Numbered from the stretch's first letter, positions 11,621-23,014 are shown. The stretch: 64,000 nucleotides of DNA from an uncultured Nitrososphaerota archaeon (GCA_963799845.1 CAWCYI010000004.1:256001-320000), one strand, 5' to 3'. A program made the numbers and translations. The notes: generated by a model not told the origin, from the sequence alone.

Positions 11621-12265
11621 ATGCGCAGGGTCGTAGTTGAAGCCCCAATCGACTCCATGAGGAGCCTTCTGGGGGATTCGCAAGAAATGTTCGGAGAAAT
11701 AAGATCCTTGGAAATACTGACTTTTTTGAAAGATACTCCGCGCGAGACAGCCATGATCTGTAGGATCGAAGTGACCGATCCCGCTGAGTCCAACTTGGTT
11801 GTCGAAAGAAATGACATCTCCATTAAAATTCTGGAGAAGGAAAAGAAGGGAACATTCATCTGTTTTGTAAAAAGAAGGCGAAAAGCTGGTCTGCCACGCA
11901 GCAGTTTTATCGCGGGAGGAGGGTACCTGTCGACCGCGTACGAAATCAGGGACGGAAATATTAGAGCGACATTCTTGGGCACTTCAAGGCAGGTGAGGAG
12001 TTTTCTTCAGACAATCCAAAAAACGGGTATCCGATTCAAGGTGATCGCGCTGGCCGATGCAAAGTTTTCTCCTGATTCTCCGCTGAGCGGCCTGACAGAC
12101 ACGCAAATCAAAGTATTGAAGAGCGCATTCAATCTCGGCTATTACGATCTCCCAAAGAAGATAACTTCCGACGAACTCGCGAAGAAGTTGAATATGCGGA
12201 GCTCGACGTTCGTCCTGCATCGGATCAAAGCTGAAAGGCGAATTTTGGCAAAGGTCTTGAAATGA
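11621..12265 (+). CDS. HTH-10 (Bat-type) transcriptional regulator
   Basis: C-terminal LTDTQ...AFNLGYYDLPKKITSDELAKKL...KAE. Confidence 0.9.
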   Translation: MRRVVVEAPIDSMRSLLGDSQEMFGEIRSLEILTFLKDTPRETAMICRIEVTDPAESNLVVERNDISIKILEKEKKGTFICFVKRRRKAGLPRSSFIAGGGYLSTAYEIRDGNIRATFLGTSRQVRSFLQTIQKTGIRFKVIALADAKFSPDSPLSGLTDTQIKVLKSAFNLGYYDLPKKITSDELAKKLNMRSSTFVLHRIKAERRILAKVLK

Positions 12266-12353
12266 CATTTCGATCTGACCTTCGCAAATAAGAATCGAAA
12301 GTATTTAGCCGTTCAAGAATGGAATCAGGTGATTTGTTCCGGAGCCTGGCCGA

Positions 12354-13187
12354 ATGGATACTCTAATTCTGAAGATTGTTGCAACTCCGGCACTAATCGC
12401 CCTTGCTAGCCTCGTCGGTCGACGGTGGGGATCTGCGGTGAGCGGATGGCTAATAGGACTGCCACTTACTTCCGCACCGATTGTATTCTTTCTCGCGCTG
12501 GACCAGGGTGCTTCATTTGCTGCTTCTGCATCTGTTTCAGTTCTTGCTGGATCGATGTCGGGCATCGCATTTGCGCTAATTTACGCCAGGCTAGCCCTCA
12601 GGCTGAATCAAAAATGGCCCGTTTGCCTTATCGGTGGATACGTCGCAGTTCTGGGGATAACTTTCGTTCTGCAGTTTCTCACAATTTCGGTACTTCCGTT
12701 GTACTTCATAGTCGTCGCGATTCTTCTCATCTCCCTTCAAATTATGCCGCGGATAATATCGAGCGAGGATAATTCGAACTATCCAAAGTGGGATCTCCCA
12801 GCCCGGATGATCGCCGCAACTATATTCGTAATAGCCGTGACCGGCGTCGCGCCAATCCTTGGTTCTCATCTTAGCGGTTTGATTACTCCGTTCCCCATCT
12901 ACACTTCCATCCTCGTTGTCTTCAATCAAACTTCAAAGGGTGTTACTGCGGTTGTCAAACTCCTCCGCGGGTTGCTCTATGGATTATTCTCGTTCGTGAC
13001 TTTTTTTCTAACGCTATCTATCGCGCTTCAGGCGACAAACATAGGTCCGGCTTTTATCTTTGCAACCTGCGCGGCTCTGCTCGTTCAGGGGCTCACGCTG
13101 GTCGTCTTAACGCGGAGGGAGAAGACGTTCGTCACGTCAAACTCTAAAGGGAATTCCGAGAGCCGGAATGAAAAAGCTGCGTCATAG
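12354..13187 (+). CDS. Multi-pass membrane protein with duplicated halves
   Basis: About 10 TM helices; GRRWG..SGWLIGLP repeated as LG..LSGLITPFP. Confidence 0.85.
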   Translation: MDTLILKIVATPALIALASLVGRRWGSAVSGWLIGLPLTSAPIVFFLALDQGASFAASASVSVLAGSMSGIAFALIYARLALRLNQKWPVCLIGGYVAVLGITFVLQFLTISVLPLYFIVVAILLISLQIMPRIISSEDNSNYPKWDLPARMIAATIFVIAVTGVAPILGSHLSGLITPFPIYTSILVVFNQTSKGVTAVVKLLRGLLYGLFSFVTFFLTLSIALQATNIGPAFIFATCAALLVQGLTLVVLTRREKTFVTSNSKGNSESRNEKAAS

Positions 13188-13269
13188 GAGCTGAAGCTGC
13201 TCACGACCAGATTGGCTCATCGCATTTTGGAATCATTTATTTTCTGATCAGTAATGGAACGACGCCCGA

Positions 13270-14779
13270 TTGCCAAAAGATAATTTTCCCTCCGGAATAG
13301 TCGAGGGATTCTACGGTCCTCCATGGTCGCACATTGATAGGCTTTACATGATTCGATTCTTGAGTGAGGCGAAGTTTGACACATACATGTACGCCCCAAA
13401 AGAGGACGAATTCCACAGGGCCGAGTGGCGGAAAAGATACCCCGAAGCTCTTTCGCAGAAACTGCTCGAACTAATTGAGGCTTGTAACTCATCTTCAGTG
13501 AAATTCGTCTTTACCGTTAGCCCGGGACTCAGCATTGTGTATTCTGATCCGGAAGAAACGAACCTTCTGATCGCGAAACTGCATCACGTCATCGACATGG
13601 GTTGCAGCTGGATTGGCATTCTGCTCGATGACATTCAAACCGAACTCACAAACGATGCAGACAGGCACGCGTTTGGAAGTCTGGCCAAAGCGCACGCGTA
13701 TCTCATAAATGGTGTCAGAGACCGACTACGAAAAGAGAACGGAGAGATTCGGATAATTTTTTGCCCGACATACTACGCGAACGATTACCTCGGGAAAAAG
13801 ATCTCGAGTAACGAGTACCTGAGTGAGATCGGAGCTGAGATGGATCCGCACGTGGATATTCTATGGACAGGAACTCACGTAGTTTCTCAGCAAATAACCA
13901 GAGAAGACGCCTCCGCTTTCGGAAAGGCGATTCGACGCAAACCGATTCTCTGGGATAACTACCCCGTGGATGATTACTTCCGAGAGAATGATCCGCCCAG
14001 ACTCCGTCTGAATTTTGGGCCCTTCAGAGGCAGATCCTCTGACCTTCCTGAATATCTATCAGGGTACTTGTCGAATCCGATGAATGAGTCGGAAGCTTCC
14101 CGCGTTTCGCTGCTGACCCTTGCTGACTATTTGTCAGACCCCGAGGAATATTCACCTGAGAAATCGTTTGAAAGCGCGATTGAAAGGCTCCATTCGCGCG
14201 AGAGATCCTACGAAGCTATCAGCGCGATAATTGCTGCTTCGAAGGCGAGCGTTCTCGACACTCGCGAAGTCGAAGAGCTTCGGCTTACCGCAGAAAACCT
14301 GATCTCCTCGCTTGAAAAGAAATCTGATTGGGAGGACGAAGCGGAAAGTTTGCAGGTCCAGCTGACAATGTATTCGAATTTGATTGATGCGCTCTATGCA
14401 GGTACCTCGAACAAGAAATTCTTGCGGGAGATCGAACCTCTGGCTCGAAAATTGAAGAAGTTAGTCAGACTGGGGATAGACAGCGTCGATTATCTTTTCA
14501 AATTGGAAACAAAGGGGTTCAACGAAGCCTTATGGTCTAGGGTTGAGACAGATGCCGACGAAGTTTCGAAAGACAGGACTCAGATTCTGGGACAGGTAGA
14601 TTTTGGATGGGAAGCTTGAAGAACGAAAAGAAGGTGACACGCCGGAGCAGGGAATCACAAAAGCCGAGCTAGGATTTATCGAGGAACATTCGTCGGGAAT
14701 GGGTCTCCCGAAAGAACAGAGGGACTCTCCAGTCTGGGAGTTTTACGAATATCTCAAGAAAAGCCGGACGGCGAAATAG
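13270..14779 (+). CDS. GH84 O-GlcNAcase/beta-N-acetylglucosaminidase (likely extends past an apparent extra base at 14617)
   Basis: GIVEGFYG, YMYAPK, catalytic LLDDI, FCPTYY, WTG, WDNYPV, NPM; the shifted frame stays open to TAG 14779. Confidence 0.9.
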
Positions 14780-14953
14780 ATCAGGGTTGGACAAGTAAAC
14801 AGTCAGTTTTGAACCGCACTGCCCTAAGTTCCTTGACTACAAATCCACACTACTCAAGGACGTTGGGGTGGTCTCTTCGTTGCAGAAAGGATGCAGTTTT
14901 CAATTATTCGCCTAGGCCAGTAAATAATTTTCAAAAAAAGATAAAGTACAAAG

Positions 14954-15094
14954 TTGTCGATACAAGATAATGTGATTTTGATGTGCGGCGAATGCCACGA
15001 AATGAAGATGGATCCTGCGGAAATGAAGAGCAAGATGATCACCTGTGACGGTTGTGGTGGCGATATGTCTGAGAAGCAAATGAAGAAGATGTAG
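14954..15094 (+). CDS. 46-aa Met-rich CxxC...CxxC small protein (below the ORF-track cut-off)
   Basis: MSIQDNVILMCGECHEMKMDPAEMKSKMITCDGCGGDMSEKQMKKM; TAAATAA box about 30 nt upstream; T-rich tract downstream. Confidence 0.7.
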   Translation: MSIQDNVILMCGECHEMKMDPAEMKSKMITCDGCGGDMSEKQMKKM

Positions 15095-15221
15095 TGCGAT
15101 TTGGAATGAAACGTAATTCATTCCCATACCACATCTCTTCTATTTCTTTGTTCCTTTAGTTTGTTTCAGTATTGTTGTGGTGGGAGTACCGGATCACTTG
15201 AACTCCGGTGGTTTTATACGG

Positions 15222-16022
15222 CTAGGAGCTTTCTGGTCTCGAAAGCCAGTACCGCGCGATTTCTTCAGCTTTCGCGATCCACACGCCTTCATGCGATTTG
15301 ATGTGGCAGATTATCTTTTCCAGAGACTTGCTAGCAGCGGGTCTACCAGTCATGAACGGGTGCATTGTTAGGCAGTAGAATTTTCCTTCTTCATATAGAA
15401 CGTCGAACTCGTCCCGCCAAAGCTCGAAGACTTCCTGCGGAGAATAGCCTCTTTCGGCGTAATTGTCGTAATCGTCGAGAGTAACCGCGCTGGGCAATTC
15501 AACGATGTTGTTTCCTGAACTGAACTTGTGGATATAGGGAACGTCCCTGTCTAGACTGTCACCCCTCCAGATGAACCCGCCTAAATTGTTCAGGAGTTTG
15601 ACCGTGTCTTTGCTGGGGCACCAGTTGGCAGTCCTGTGTCCCACCACGTTCTTGCCCGTGATGTTTCTGATCAGTTCGACGGTTTTCTCGAGATCAATTT
15701 TCTCGTCTTCGACCTTCTTTTCGTTGTAGGGTGTGTGATCCCATCCGTGAGAAGCGATTTCGTGTCCCTTCTCTACAATCGCCCGAGCGACATCTGGCCT
15801 CTTTTCCGCTGTCTTAGCCACCATGCAGAACGTCGCTTTGACGTTTTGTCGCTCAAGGATTCTAAGAACACGCCACGTACCTTCATTGGTGTCGTAATAC
15901 CCCTGACTCACGTAAAACATCTTGTCTGGTCCGAACGCGTTTATCAGCCCGGACTCATCGTCATTGTCAAACGTCAGAGCAACGGCGCATCTAATCCCCT
16001 TGGGCCATATTGATTCCTGCAA
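15222..16022 (-). CDS. Polysaccharide deacetylase (CE4, PuuE/HpPgdA-like)
   Basis: LTFDND, GHEIASHGWDH, LDD, LTMHP..GRP. Confidence 0.92.
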   Translation of the reverse strand: MQESIWPKGIRCAVALTFDNDDESGLINAFGPDKMFYVSQGYYDTNEGTWRVLRILERQNVKATFCMVAKTAEKRPDVARAIVEKGHEIASHGWDHTPYNEKKVEDEKIDLEKTVELIRNITGKNVVGHRTANWCPSKDTVKLLNNLGGFIWRGDSLDRDVPYIHKFSSGNNIVELPSAVTLDDYDNYAERGYSPQEVFELWRDEFDVLYEEGKFYCLTMHPFMTGRPAASKSLEKIICHIKSHEGVWIAKAEEIARYWLSRPESS

Positions 16023-16287
16023 ACTCTTGTTCGCTTACTCGGATTTCCTGGCGAAAAGACCTGATTATTTCAAAGTTTGCAAGAGTCGATGGATGACTCC
16101 CGGGTGACGAAGGATTCTAGAGTCCAAAGAGTTAATCCGACAACAATTCTTCCACGAGGAGAAGGAGCAGAACGAATGTCCTCTGAAGATGTGCCTTGGT
16201 GGACAAACGCTCTTTCTGCCATCCTCTTTAGTTCATCCTGCAGTCCCTTGCGTCCACTAGTTTCGTTCCCCTTTGCTCACTGACCTC

Positions 16288-16325
16288 TTATAGAATGCAA
16301 TTTGTGCAAAATTTGCATTCTATAA
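16288..16325. repeat. Perfect 13-bp inverted repeat with a 12-nt spacer
   Basis: TTATAGAATGCAA-tttgtgcaaaat-TTGCATTCTATAA in an intergenic region. Confidence 0.85.
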
Positions 16326-16427
16326 CTTCATTTATGCACGGTTTCTGAAAAATAGGCGACTAAGAAACTTCTCCATGTTGCAGACGATCCAAAGTACGCA
16401 AGAAGTTTTCCAATTCATGTTCAGAGC

Positions 16428-16521
16428 ATGACCAAGTTTGATTGAGACGGAGAACCTAACCAAAAAGTTTGGCTCCTTGACCGCGGTTGATGGGGTTACA
16501 CTTCAAGTTGATGAGGGATAG
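16428..16521 (+). pseudogene. N-terminal remnant of an ABC transporter ATP-binding gene
   Basis: LIETENLTKKFGSLTAVDGVTLQVDEG* stops just before Walker A and abuts the next gene's stop codon. Confidence 0.75.
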
Positions 16522-16523
16522 GT

Positions 16524-17534
16524 CTAATTTCTCGTCGACAAATACTCGACGAGCTCAAAGAGCCTAGCCTTGGCCTTGGATTCCCGGAGATTACTGAGAA
16601 TGGACTGAGCCTTTTCGACGTTTTTGGCTGAGGATTTCTTGCAGTAGATGTCTGAGCCGTATTTCGTTAAGAGTATTTTCAATTTGTCCTTACTTGATTC
16701 GTCAAGATATTCCGATTTTCCCAGAAGTGAATTTACAAAATTCCTTTCATCTGGCGTGCAACGTTTAAGGCAGTGAATCAATGCCAAGCTTTTCTTCCCG
16801 TACTTCAGATCGGAGAAAGCAGATTTTCCCATTAGAGTCTCATCGCCGAGATAGTCCTGGAGATCATCCTGGATCTGGTATGCCACTCCCAAAGATTCGC
16901 CGAAAACATAGGCGTCATCAATTATCTTTGCATCGGAGTTCCCAACTCCAATCAGTGCACCGCTGGCTGATGATGCGCCGATGAGTGCGCCAGTTTTCAT
17001 TTTAATCATATCCTCATAGTCTTCTTCAGAAACATTCGCTAGCTGCACCATTTCGAGGTCTAAAAATTCACCAGCGGCTGTCGAGCGGCAACAATCAGCG
17101 AGAAGTTCGAGCAGTCGGGAAATGGTCAGGGAGTCAATGCCCGATCTGGAATATTTTGCTATCATTTTGGGCGCGTAAAACAAGAGATTATTCGACACAA
17201 GTATAGAACGGGGGATTCCGTACTTGGAAACCATAGAATCCATTCCAGCTTTTGATCTGGAACCGTCGATCATGTCGTCTTCGATAAGTGCCGCCGAATG
17301 AGCGAATTCATACGCCGCGGCAATGGGGATGGCAGCCCGATAATCGCCTGAAAGCGCCTCGCACCAAAGCATGGCGAGGATCGCCCTTATCCGTCTGCCT
17401 CCGGAAACAGCTTCCTGAGCAGTCAAATCCAGTCGCGAAGGCTTTCTCTCAAAAACGGAAAAAATCTCGGTGTTGACTAGCTCATAGTACTCTTGAAACC
17501 AAGAAAGAATGGAAGCGGAAGCGCTTGCCGACAT
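16524..17534 (-). CDS. Polyprenyl-diphosphate synthase family protein (divergent motifs)
   Basis: EDDMID (FARM), KT, QIQDDLQD (SARM), GK..SD..GK. Confidence 0.9.
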   Translation of the reverse strand: MSASASASILSWFQEYYELVNTEIFSVFERKPSRLDLTAQEAVSGGRRIRAILAMLWCEALSGDYRAAIPIAAAYEFAHSAALIEDDMIDGSRSKAGMDSMVSKYGIPRSILVSNNLLFYAPKMIAKYSRSGIDSLTISRLLELLADCCRSTAAGEFLDLEMVQLANVSEEDYEDMIKMKTGALIGASSASGALIGVGNSDAKIIDDAYVFGESLGVAYQIQDDLQDYLGDETLMGKSAFSDLKYGKKSLALIHCLKRCTPDERNFVNSLLGKSEYLDESSKDKLKILLTKYGSDIYCKKSSAKNVEKAQSILSNLRESKAKARLFELVEYLSTRN

Positions 17535-17675
17535 TCTGGCTCTGATTGCTTTAAGCGAATAGAAAAGTCATCTGGCGAGACCCATGGAATTGATCAAAAG
17601 ACGCCGTCCCGCCAGTTGGGAAGGGCAATTGCACACTTATAACGTTCGCGTCCGCGAAACACATCGGCATTTGCT

Positions 17676-18539
17676 TTGCAGACTATCAAAGCCGGAAATG
17701 TGAATTTGAGTTATGAGGAGCGCGGTTCCGGACATGCCGTGGTAATGGTTCACGGAATCCCGACTGATCTTAGAGCCTGGTCTAACCAGCTCGACAGTTT
17801 CTCAAGTTCGTTTAGGGCAATATCGATTTCACGGAGGCATGCGTACCCTAACAAGAACGACTTCAAAATAACCGACAGCACAGTCGGGAATAACTCGGAA
17901 GATCTAGTTTCTTTCGTCCAAGCCCTGAATTTACAGCCCATCCATCTGATTGGTCATTCCTACGGCGGCTTTGTCTCGCTATTTTCGGTGTGGAAACATC
18001 CCGAGCTGTTTCGCACTCTCGTCCTGGTTGAGCCTGCCGTACCGTCGATTCTAGTAAAAAATGAAAAGAGTCCACTTCAGGTGCTTGCATTTCTCTTCAG
18101 TAATTTCTCGGCGGCAATGTCGGCTAGGCGTTTCCAGAATGGAAACCTCAAGCTCACGCTGAAAGCTTACGATGGTGGCGACTTGAACGGCGCCGTGAAG
18201 TACTTCTATGAGGGAATCCGTGAGATTTCTGGTTCATTCGAAAAGCTTCCTGATCCAGTTCGTTCGATGATGCTGGACAACGGGATCACGATCGGAGAAC
18301 TGGAAACTGAATTTCCGATCTTTACAAAAGAAGACGCGCGGTCGATCAAACTTCCGACCCTTCTGGTCAAAACTCAGAATGGTCCAAAATGGCTCAGAGC
18401 CATCGTCGATGGGCTCTCCAAAAATATTCCGAACTGCTCGGTCGTCGATATTTCCGGATCTTGCCATTTACCTCACTTAGAGAATCCGACGGATTTCAAC
18501 AAGTCCGTGTCGGAATTCTTGAAGAAGAACGATGCGTAA
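17676..18539 (+). CDS. Alpha/beta-fold hydrolase
   Basis: VHG, GHSYGG, C-terminal H..HLENP. Confidence 0.92.
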   Translation: MQTIKAGNVNLSYEERGSGHAVVMVHGIPTDLRAWSNQLDSFSSSFRAISISRRHAYPNKNDFKITDSTVGNNSEDLVSFVQALNLQPIHLIGHSYGGFVSLFSVWKHPELFRTLVLVEPAVPSILVKNEKSPLQVLAFLFSNFSAAMSARRFQNGNLKLTLKAYDGGDLNGAVKYFYEGIREISGSFEKLPDPVRSMMLDNGITIGELETEFPIFTKEDARSIKLPTLLVKTQNGPKWLRAIVDGLSKNIPNCSVVDISGSCHLPHLENPTDFNKSVSEFLKKNDA

Positions 18540-18639
18540 AAAAGCAGCTAAAATTGCTGTCTTCGTTCCCAGTTCTGGTTCAATTTCCCGAGCTAATTCA
18601 CGTAAAACAGAATAACCCTAAGTCACGAGTGAGTGTGAG

Positions 18640-20599
18640 ATGCCATCCAAGAGCAGGATATCGGCTCCCTACGGTTCGTGGAAATCCCCCTTAACCGCAG
18701 CTCGAGTCGCGTCTTCCTCAAATGCATACTTTGAAACAAAGCTGACTGAAGATGGCACGGTATTTTTCATAGAAAGGAGGCCGGGAGAACAGGGCAGGCA
18801 CGTTATTCTGCGCGCTAGAAGCGGTGGACGAATTGAAGATGTTATTCCGCCCGAATTTAACGCGCGAACTCGCGTCCACGAATATGGGGGTGCGTCATAC
18901 GTCGTAACGAAGGAATCGGTATTCTTCTCAAATTTTGGAGATCAGCTCGTTTACAGAATCGATCTTTCCAAGTATGGCAGCCCTGTTCCAATCACATCCA
19001 ATTCTCAAACCTTCTATGCAGATTTCATTCTTGACGATAGAAGAAAAAGACTGATTTCGGTCAGAGAGGATCACACCGTCTCAGGAGAAGCCGTAAACAC
19101 CATAGCTGAGTCTAGATCCCAATAACAAGGACAAATTTACGATCCTCATTTCCGGGAATGACTTTTACTCTTCTCCCAGAATCAGCCCCGACGGTGGCAA
19201 ACTTGCCTGGCTGACTTGGATCCACCCATCTCTCCCCTTTTTCGGATCGGAGCTTTGGGTGGGCGACATCTCCGATGAAGGTGCTATAGTAAATCGGAAA
19301 AAGGTAGCAGGTGGCATGGAAGAATCGATTGCAGAGCCCCGTTGGTCGCCCGATGGAATACTTTACTTTGTGTCTGACCGATCAAACTGGTGGAATATCT
19401 ACCGCTTTGATAATCAGGTAGTCGAGAATGTTTATCCCGCCAGTTTTGAATTTGCCGGAGCTCACTGGGTCTTCGGTCTTTCATCTTATGCGTTCATTTC
19501 GAAATTCGAAATTCTCTGCTCTTACTTGAAAGATGGTTTCTATCGGCTGGCTGTTCTCGACGTTCGCTCTAAATCTATCAAGGACGTGGAAAACCCATTC
19601 ACTGAAGTGAGTTATGTAGAATCGAATAACCGGAATGTTGTCTTTATTGCTGGTTCGCCCTCGACTCCTGACGAAATATTTCTCTTCGATCCCCGGAGCT
19701 CTAAATTCGAAACTATCTATCCTGAGACAAGTGGCGAAAAACTAGATCCACTCTATTTGTCACTCCCAACTTCGATAGAATTCCCGACTGAAGGGAATAA
19801 GACAGCATACGCGCTCTATTATCCACCGAAAAATGACGGTTACGAAGCTGGGGATGGTTCCCTTCCTCCCCTTATGGTAATCAGTCATGGGGGACCGACA
19901 AGCCGCTGTCATTCTGACCTGAATCTGGGAATTCAGTACTGGACTTCTCGGGGATTTGCCGTCGCAGATGTCAACTACGGCGGCAGTACGGGTTACGGCA
20001 GGGAATATAGAATGCGGCTTGATGGCAGCTGGGGCGTTGTCGATGTCGATGATTGCGTGAATGTTGCAGCTTTCCTCGCTGATGAGAACAAGGTTGACAA
20101 AAATAGGCTAATCATACGCGGGGGAAGCGCCGGAGGATATACCACGCTCAGCTCTCTCGCATTCAGGAAAGCCTTCAAGGCGGGCGCTAGCTACTACGGA
20201 ATCAGCGATCTTGAAATTTTCGCGAAGGACACCCACAAGTTCGAATCGAGATACCTCGATAGGCTGATCGGCCCGTTTCCGGAAAAGCGCGAATTATATA
20301 GAGAGCGCTCTGCAATTAATTATCTGGATGAAATTTCAGCTCCCGTGATTTTCTTTCAGGGTCTCGAGGACAAGGTAGTACCCCCGAATCAGGCGGAAAT
20401 GATGTTCGATGCCCTAAGAAAAAAGGGACTGCCGACCGCTTACATCGCCTATAAGGGAGAGCAACACGGATTCCGCCAAGCGAAGAATATCTCCAGGTCT
20501 TGCGAGGCCGAACTTTATTTCTATTCAAAGGTTTTCAATTTCGATCTCTCAGAAATTATCGAACCCGTAAAAATAGAGAATTCTCCCCAGTCGAGCTGA
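18640..20599 (+). CDS. S9 prolyl oligopeptidase/acylaminoacyl peptidase (apparent extra base at 19108)
   Basis: APYGSWKSP, RTRVHEYGG, HGGPT, GGSAGG, D..V, EQHGFR; removing G19108 joins the two ORFs into 652 aa. Confidence 0.92.
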
Positions 20600-20608
20600 T
20601 TTTTACAA

Positions 20609-21404
20609 ATGTCTGCTTTCGAACCTTCACGCTTTGATCCCGCCGTAACCGTCGAGCGGGTGGCAAAAAGCTGACGGAACCATCTGGGCCTTGAACGGTG
20701 TCAATACAACCGTGGCGAAAGGAGAGATCAGGGGCCTACTGGGTTCAAACGGCTCCGGAAAGTCAACCCTGATGAAGATACTTCTCGGACTGGTCAAGCC
20801 AGATAACGGGAGGGTAACGGTGAACGGGATCGATCCAGCGGTCAACCCCATACCTGTTCGTCAGATAGTCGGTTATGTCCCGGAGACACCGAGGCTCTAC
20901 GATTTTCTCACGGGCATAGAGTACCTCGATTTTGTCGCGGACCTGTACGGGTTGTCCGCAGAGACAAAAAAGCAGAGAATCGAGGAATATCTCTCCGCGT
21001 TTGAACTGCGCGCTCAGGGAAACGATCTGCTATCGGGGTACTCGCTCGGAATGCGCCAGAAAATCGCAATAAGCGCGGCTCTAATTCATCGTCCGCAAAT
21101 ACTGATACTTGACGAAGCTCTGAACGGTCTTGATCCGAAAACCGCAAAAATCGTGAAGGACACGATTGTAAAACTCGCCTCGGACGGAGTCACAGTCATA
21201 TTCAGCACCCACGTCCTCGAAATCGCTCAGGCAATATGCAAGAAGATTACGATCCTGAATAAGGGTAGCGTAATCGCGGAAGGAACGATGGACGAGCTGC
21301 GGGCGATGGCAAGTTCCGGCGGCGACAATAGCCTCGAGAACATCTTCCTCAATCTGACCGGCACAGCCGATGTAAGGGGGATTGTGGAGGAACTTACCGC
21401 GTGA
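20609..21404 (+). CDS. ABC transporter ATP-binding protein (apparent extra base at 20673)
   Basis: GSNGSGKS, YSLGM signature, ILDE; removing G20673 restores VERVAKSYGTIWALNG. Confidence 0.93.
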
Positions 21405-23014
21405 TTAGTTTCAGAAAAATTTGGATCATAGCAAAGAGCCTCCTCCTTTCGCAGCTCAGGGCTACGTCTACCAGCCGATCCAGTGTGAGGTCCCTGATCA
21501 GGAGGCCGTTGATTCTAGCGGTACTGGACGTAGTCGTTGCGGTCGCGGCCGGCGGTATTTCGTACTACGCGGCGACTGCCATAGTGGGTACGTCATTTTC
21601 CTCGACGCTTTCCCCGATGATTCAGAACGTAGTGGTAATACTGCCTGCGATCATCCTCGGGATCATCCTCCTCATGGGTCTCGTTCTCGAAGTCAGCTCC
21701 GGTGCCCAGTTTGCAAGTTCCGACACTGTCAACTGGCTTCCCGTGCGGGCAACCGAGTACGTTGCGGCTTCTGCTCTCTCGCTCCTGATGTATTATTCCG
21801 TGATCCCGGTCGCGGCGCTCAGCGCGACTTTTTCCTTTGCAATTGTCTACGGTTTTGGCGGCGCCTGGGTTCTCGCCGCCGTGCTTTCGATCTTTTCCGT
21901 GTTAATTGCAACCAGCGTACTTGAAATCCTGAGAGCAGTCCTGAATCGATTCTCGAGTACGTTCTACAAGAGGGGAGGAAAAGCCGCGATTGCCCTAAGA
22001 ATAGTGTCTGGAATTCTAGTCCTGATCGTATTCCAGGCCCTGTTTTATCCTTCGGTGTACGAACATTTCCTTGGGGTAATTACTTCCAGCCTTGGGCCTA
22101 CGTGGTTTGTCCCAATTCTCTGGGCCTCGGTGAGCGTCACCAGTTTTCTGAATGGCAACTTCGCAATAGCCGGCCTGTTCGCTCTGCTGACTATATCTCT
22201 CGCGGCAGTTTTGTTCGCGATTGCAGTTGGAGCCCGATCGAAGTACTGGGTTCCCGCACAGCCAACAATTACGATATCTTCATCGGTTTACTCTCCCGGA
22301 GCGGGATTCGGTTCCTTCATCCTAAATCAGGTAGAACTGGCAATTGCCCGGAAGGACATGCGGGGCCTGCTCAGGCGAAGGGAAATGATCAGGTTGCTAG
22401 CTACTCCGTTTGTTTTTCTCGTAATTTCATTCCTCAGTTCCGGAACCGCGGGGTTTTCATTCACAATATACTTCGGTTTCTTCATCGTAGCGTTTTCGAC
22501 CCTTTTCATCGCAATTTCGGCGATTGGAGCCGAAGGAAAGGCAATCGTTAATCTGTATCAGGCTCCTTTGAAAATACGAGATTTCGTTATTGGCAAGTCG
22601 ATAACACCTCTAGTTTTTGGTTCGATATTCGGCGTTCTCGTTTATCTGATTGTTGCCTTGATCGTTCGAAATGACGCGGTTCAAGCCGCAATCTTCATGG
22701 TGGCAGCAATCGGTCTTGCTCTCGAGATGTCTTTCGTGGGAACATTAATCGGATTTCGGTTTCCAAATTTTTCGGAATCTCCGAGGGCCCAATTTGTTTC
22801 TCAGACAGGAGGCCTTATCGCCGTTCCGGTGGCAGCAATCGTCGGCGGTCTCTCACTCGCACCGTTGTTGATTACTTCGATATTGAAATTTGGAAGTGAG
22901 TATCTGGCAATCGGGTTCGTATCTTCGATCGTTATAATTTTGGTCGCATCGTTCGTATTTTTCAAATTCGCCGAGGGCCAGGCTGTAAAACTCCTCTCGC
23001 AATTGCCAATCTGA
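21401..23014 (+). CDS. ABC exporter permease
   Basis: Many TM helices; GTGA overlap with the ATPase gene; KD...R and EG..I..L...P motifs. Confidence 0.88.
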   Translation: MISFRKIWIIAKSLLLSQLRATSTSRSSVRSLIRRPLILAVLDVVVAVAAGGISYYAATAIVGTSFSSTLSPMIQNVVVILPAIILGIILLMGLVLEVSSGAQFASSDTVNWLPVRATEYVAASALSLLMYYSVIPVAALSATFSFAIVYGFGGAWVLAAVLSIFSVLIATSVLEILRAVLNRFSSTFYKRGGKAAIALRIVSGILVLIVFQALFYPSVYEHFLGVITSSLGPTWFVPILWASVSVTSFLNGNFAIAGLFALLTISLAAVLFAIAVGARSKYWVPAQPTITISSSVYSPGAGFGSFILNQVELAIARKDMRGLLRRREMIRLLATPFVFLVISFLSSGTAGFSFTIYFGFFIVAFSTLFIAISAIGAEGKAIVNLYQAPLKIRDFVIGKSITPLVFGSIFGVLVYLIVALIVRNDAVQAAIFMVAAIGLALEMSFVGTLIGFRFPNFSESPRAQFVSQTGGLIAVPVAAIVGGLSLAPLLITSILKFGSEYLAIGFVSSIVIILVASFVFFKFAEGQAVKLLSQLPI

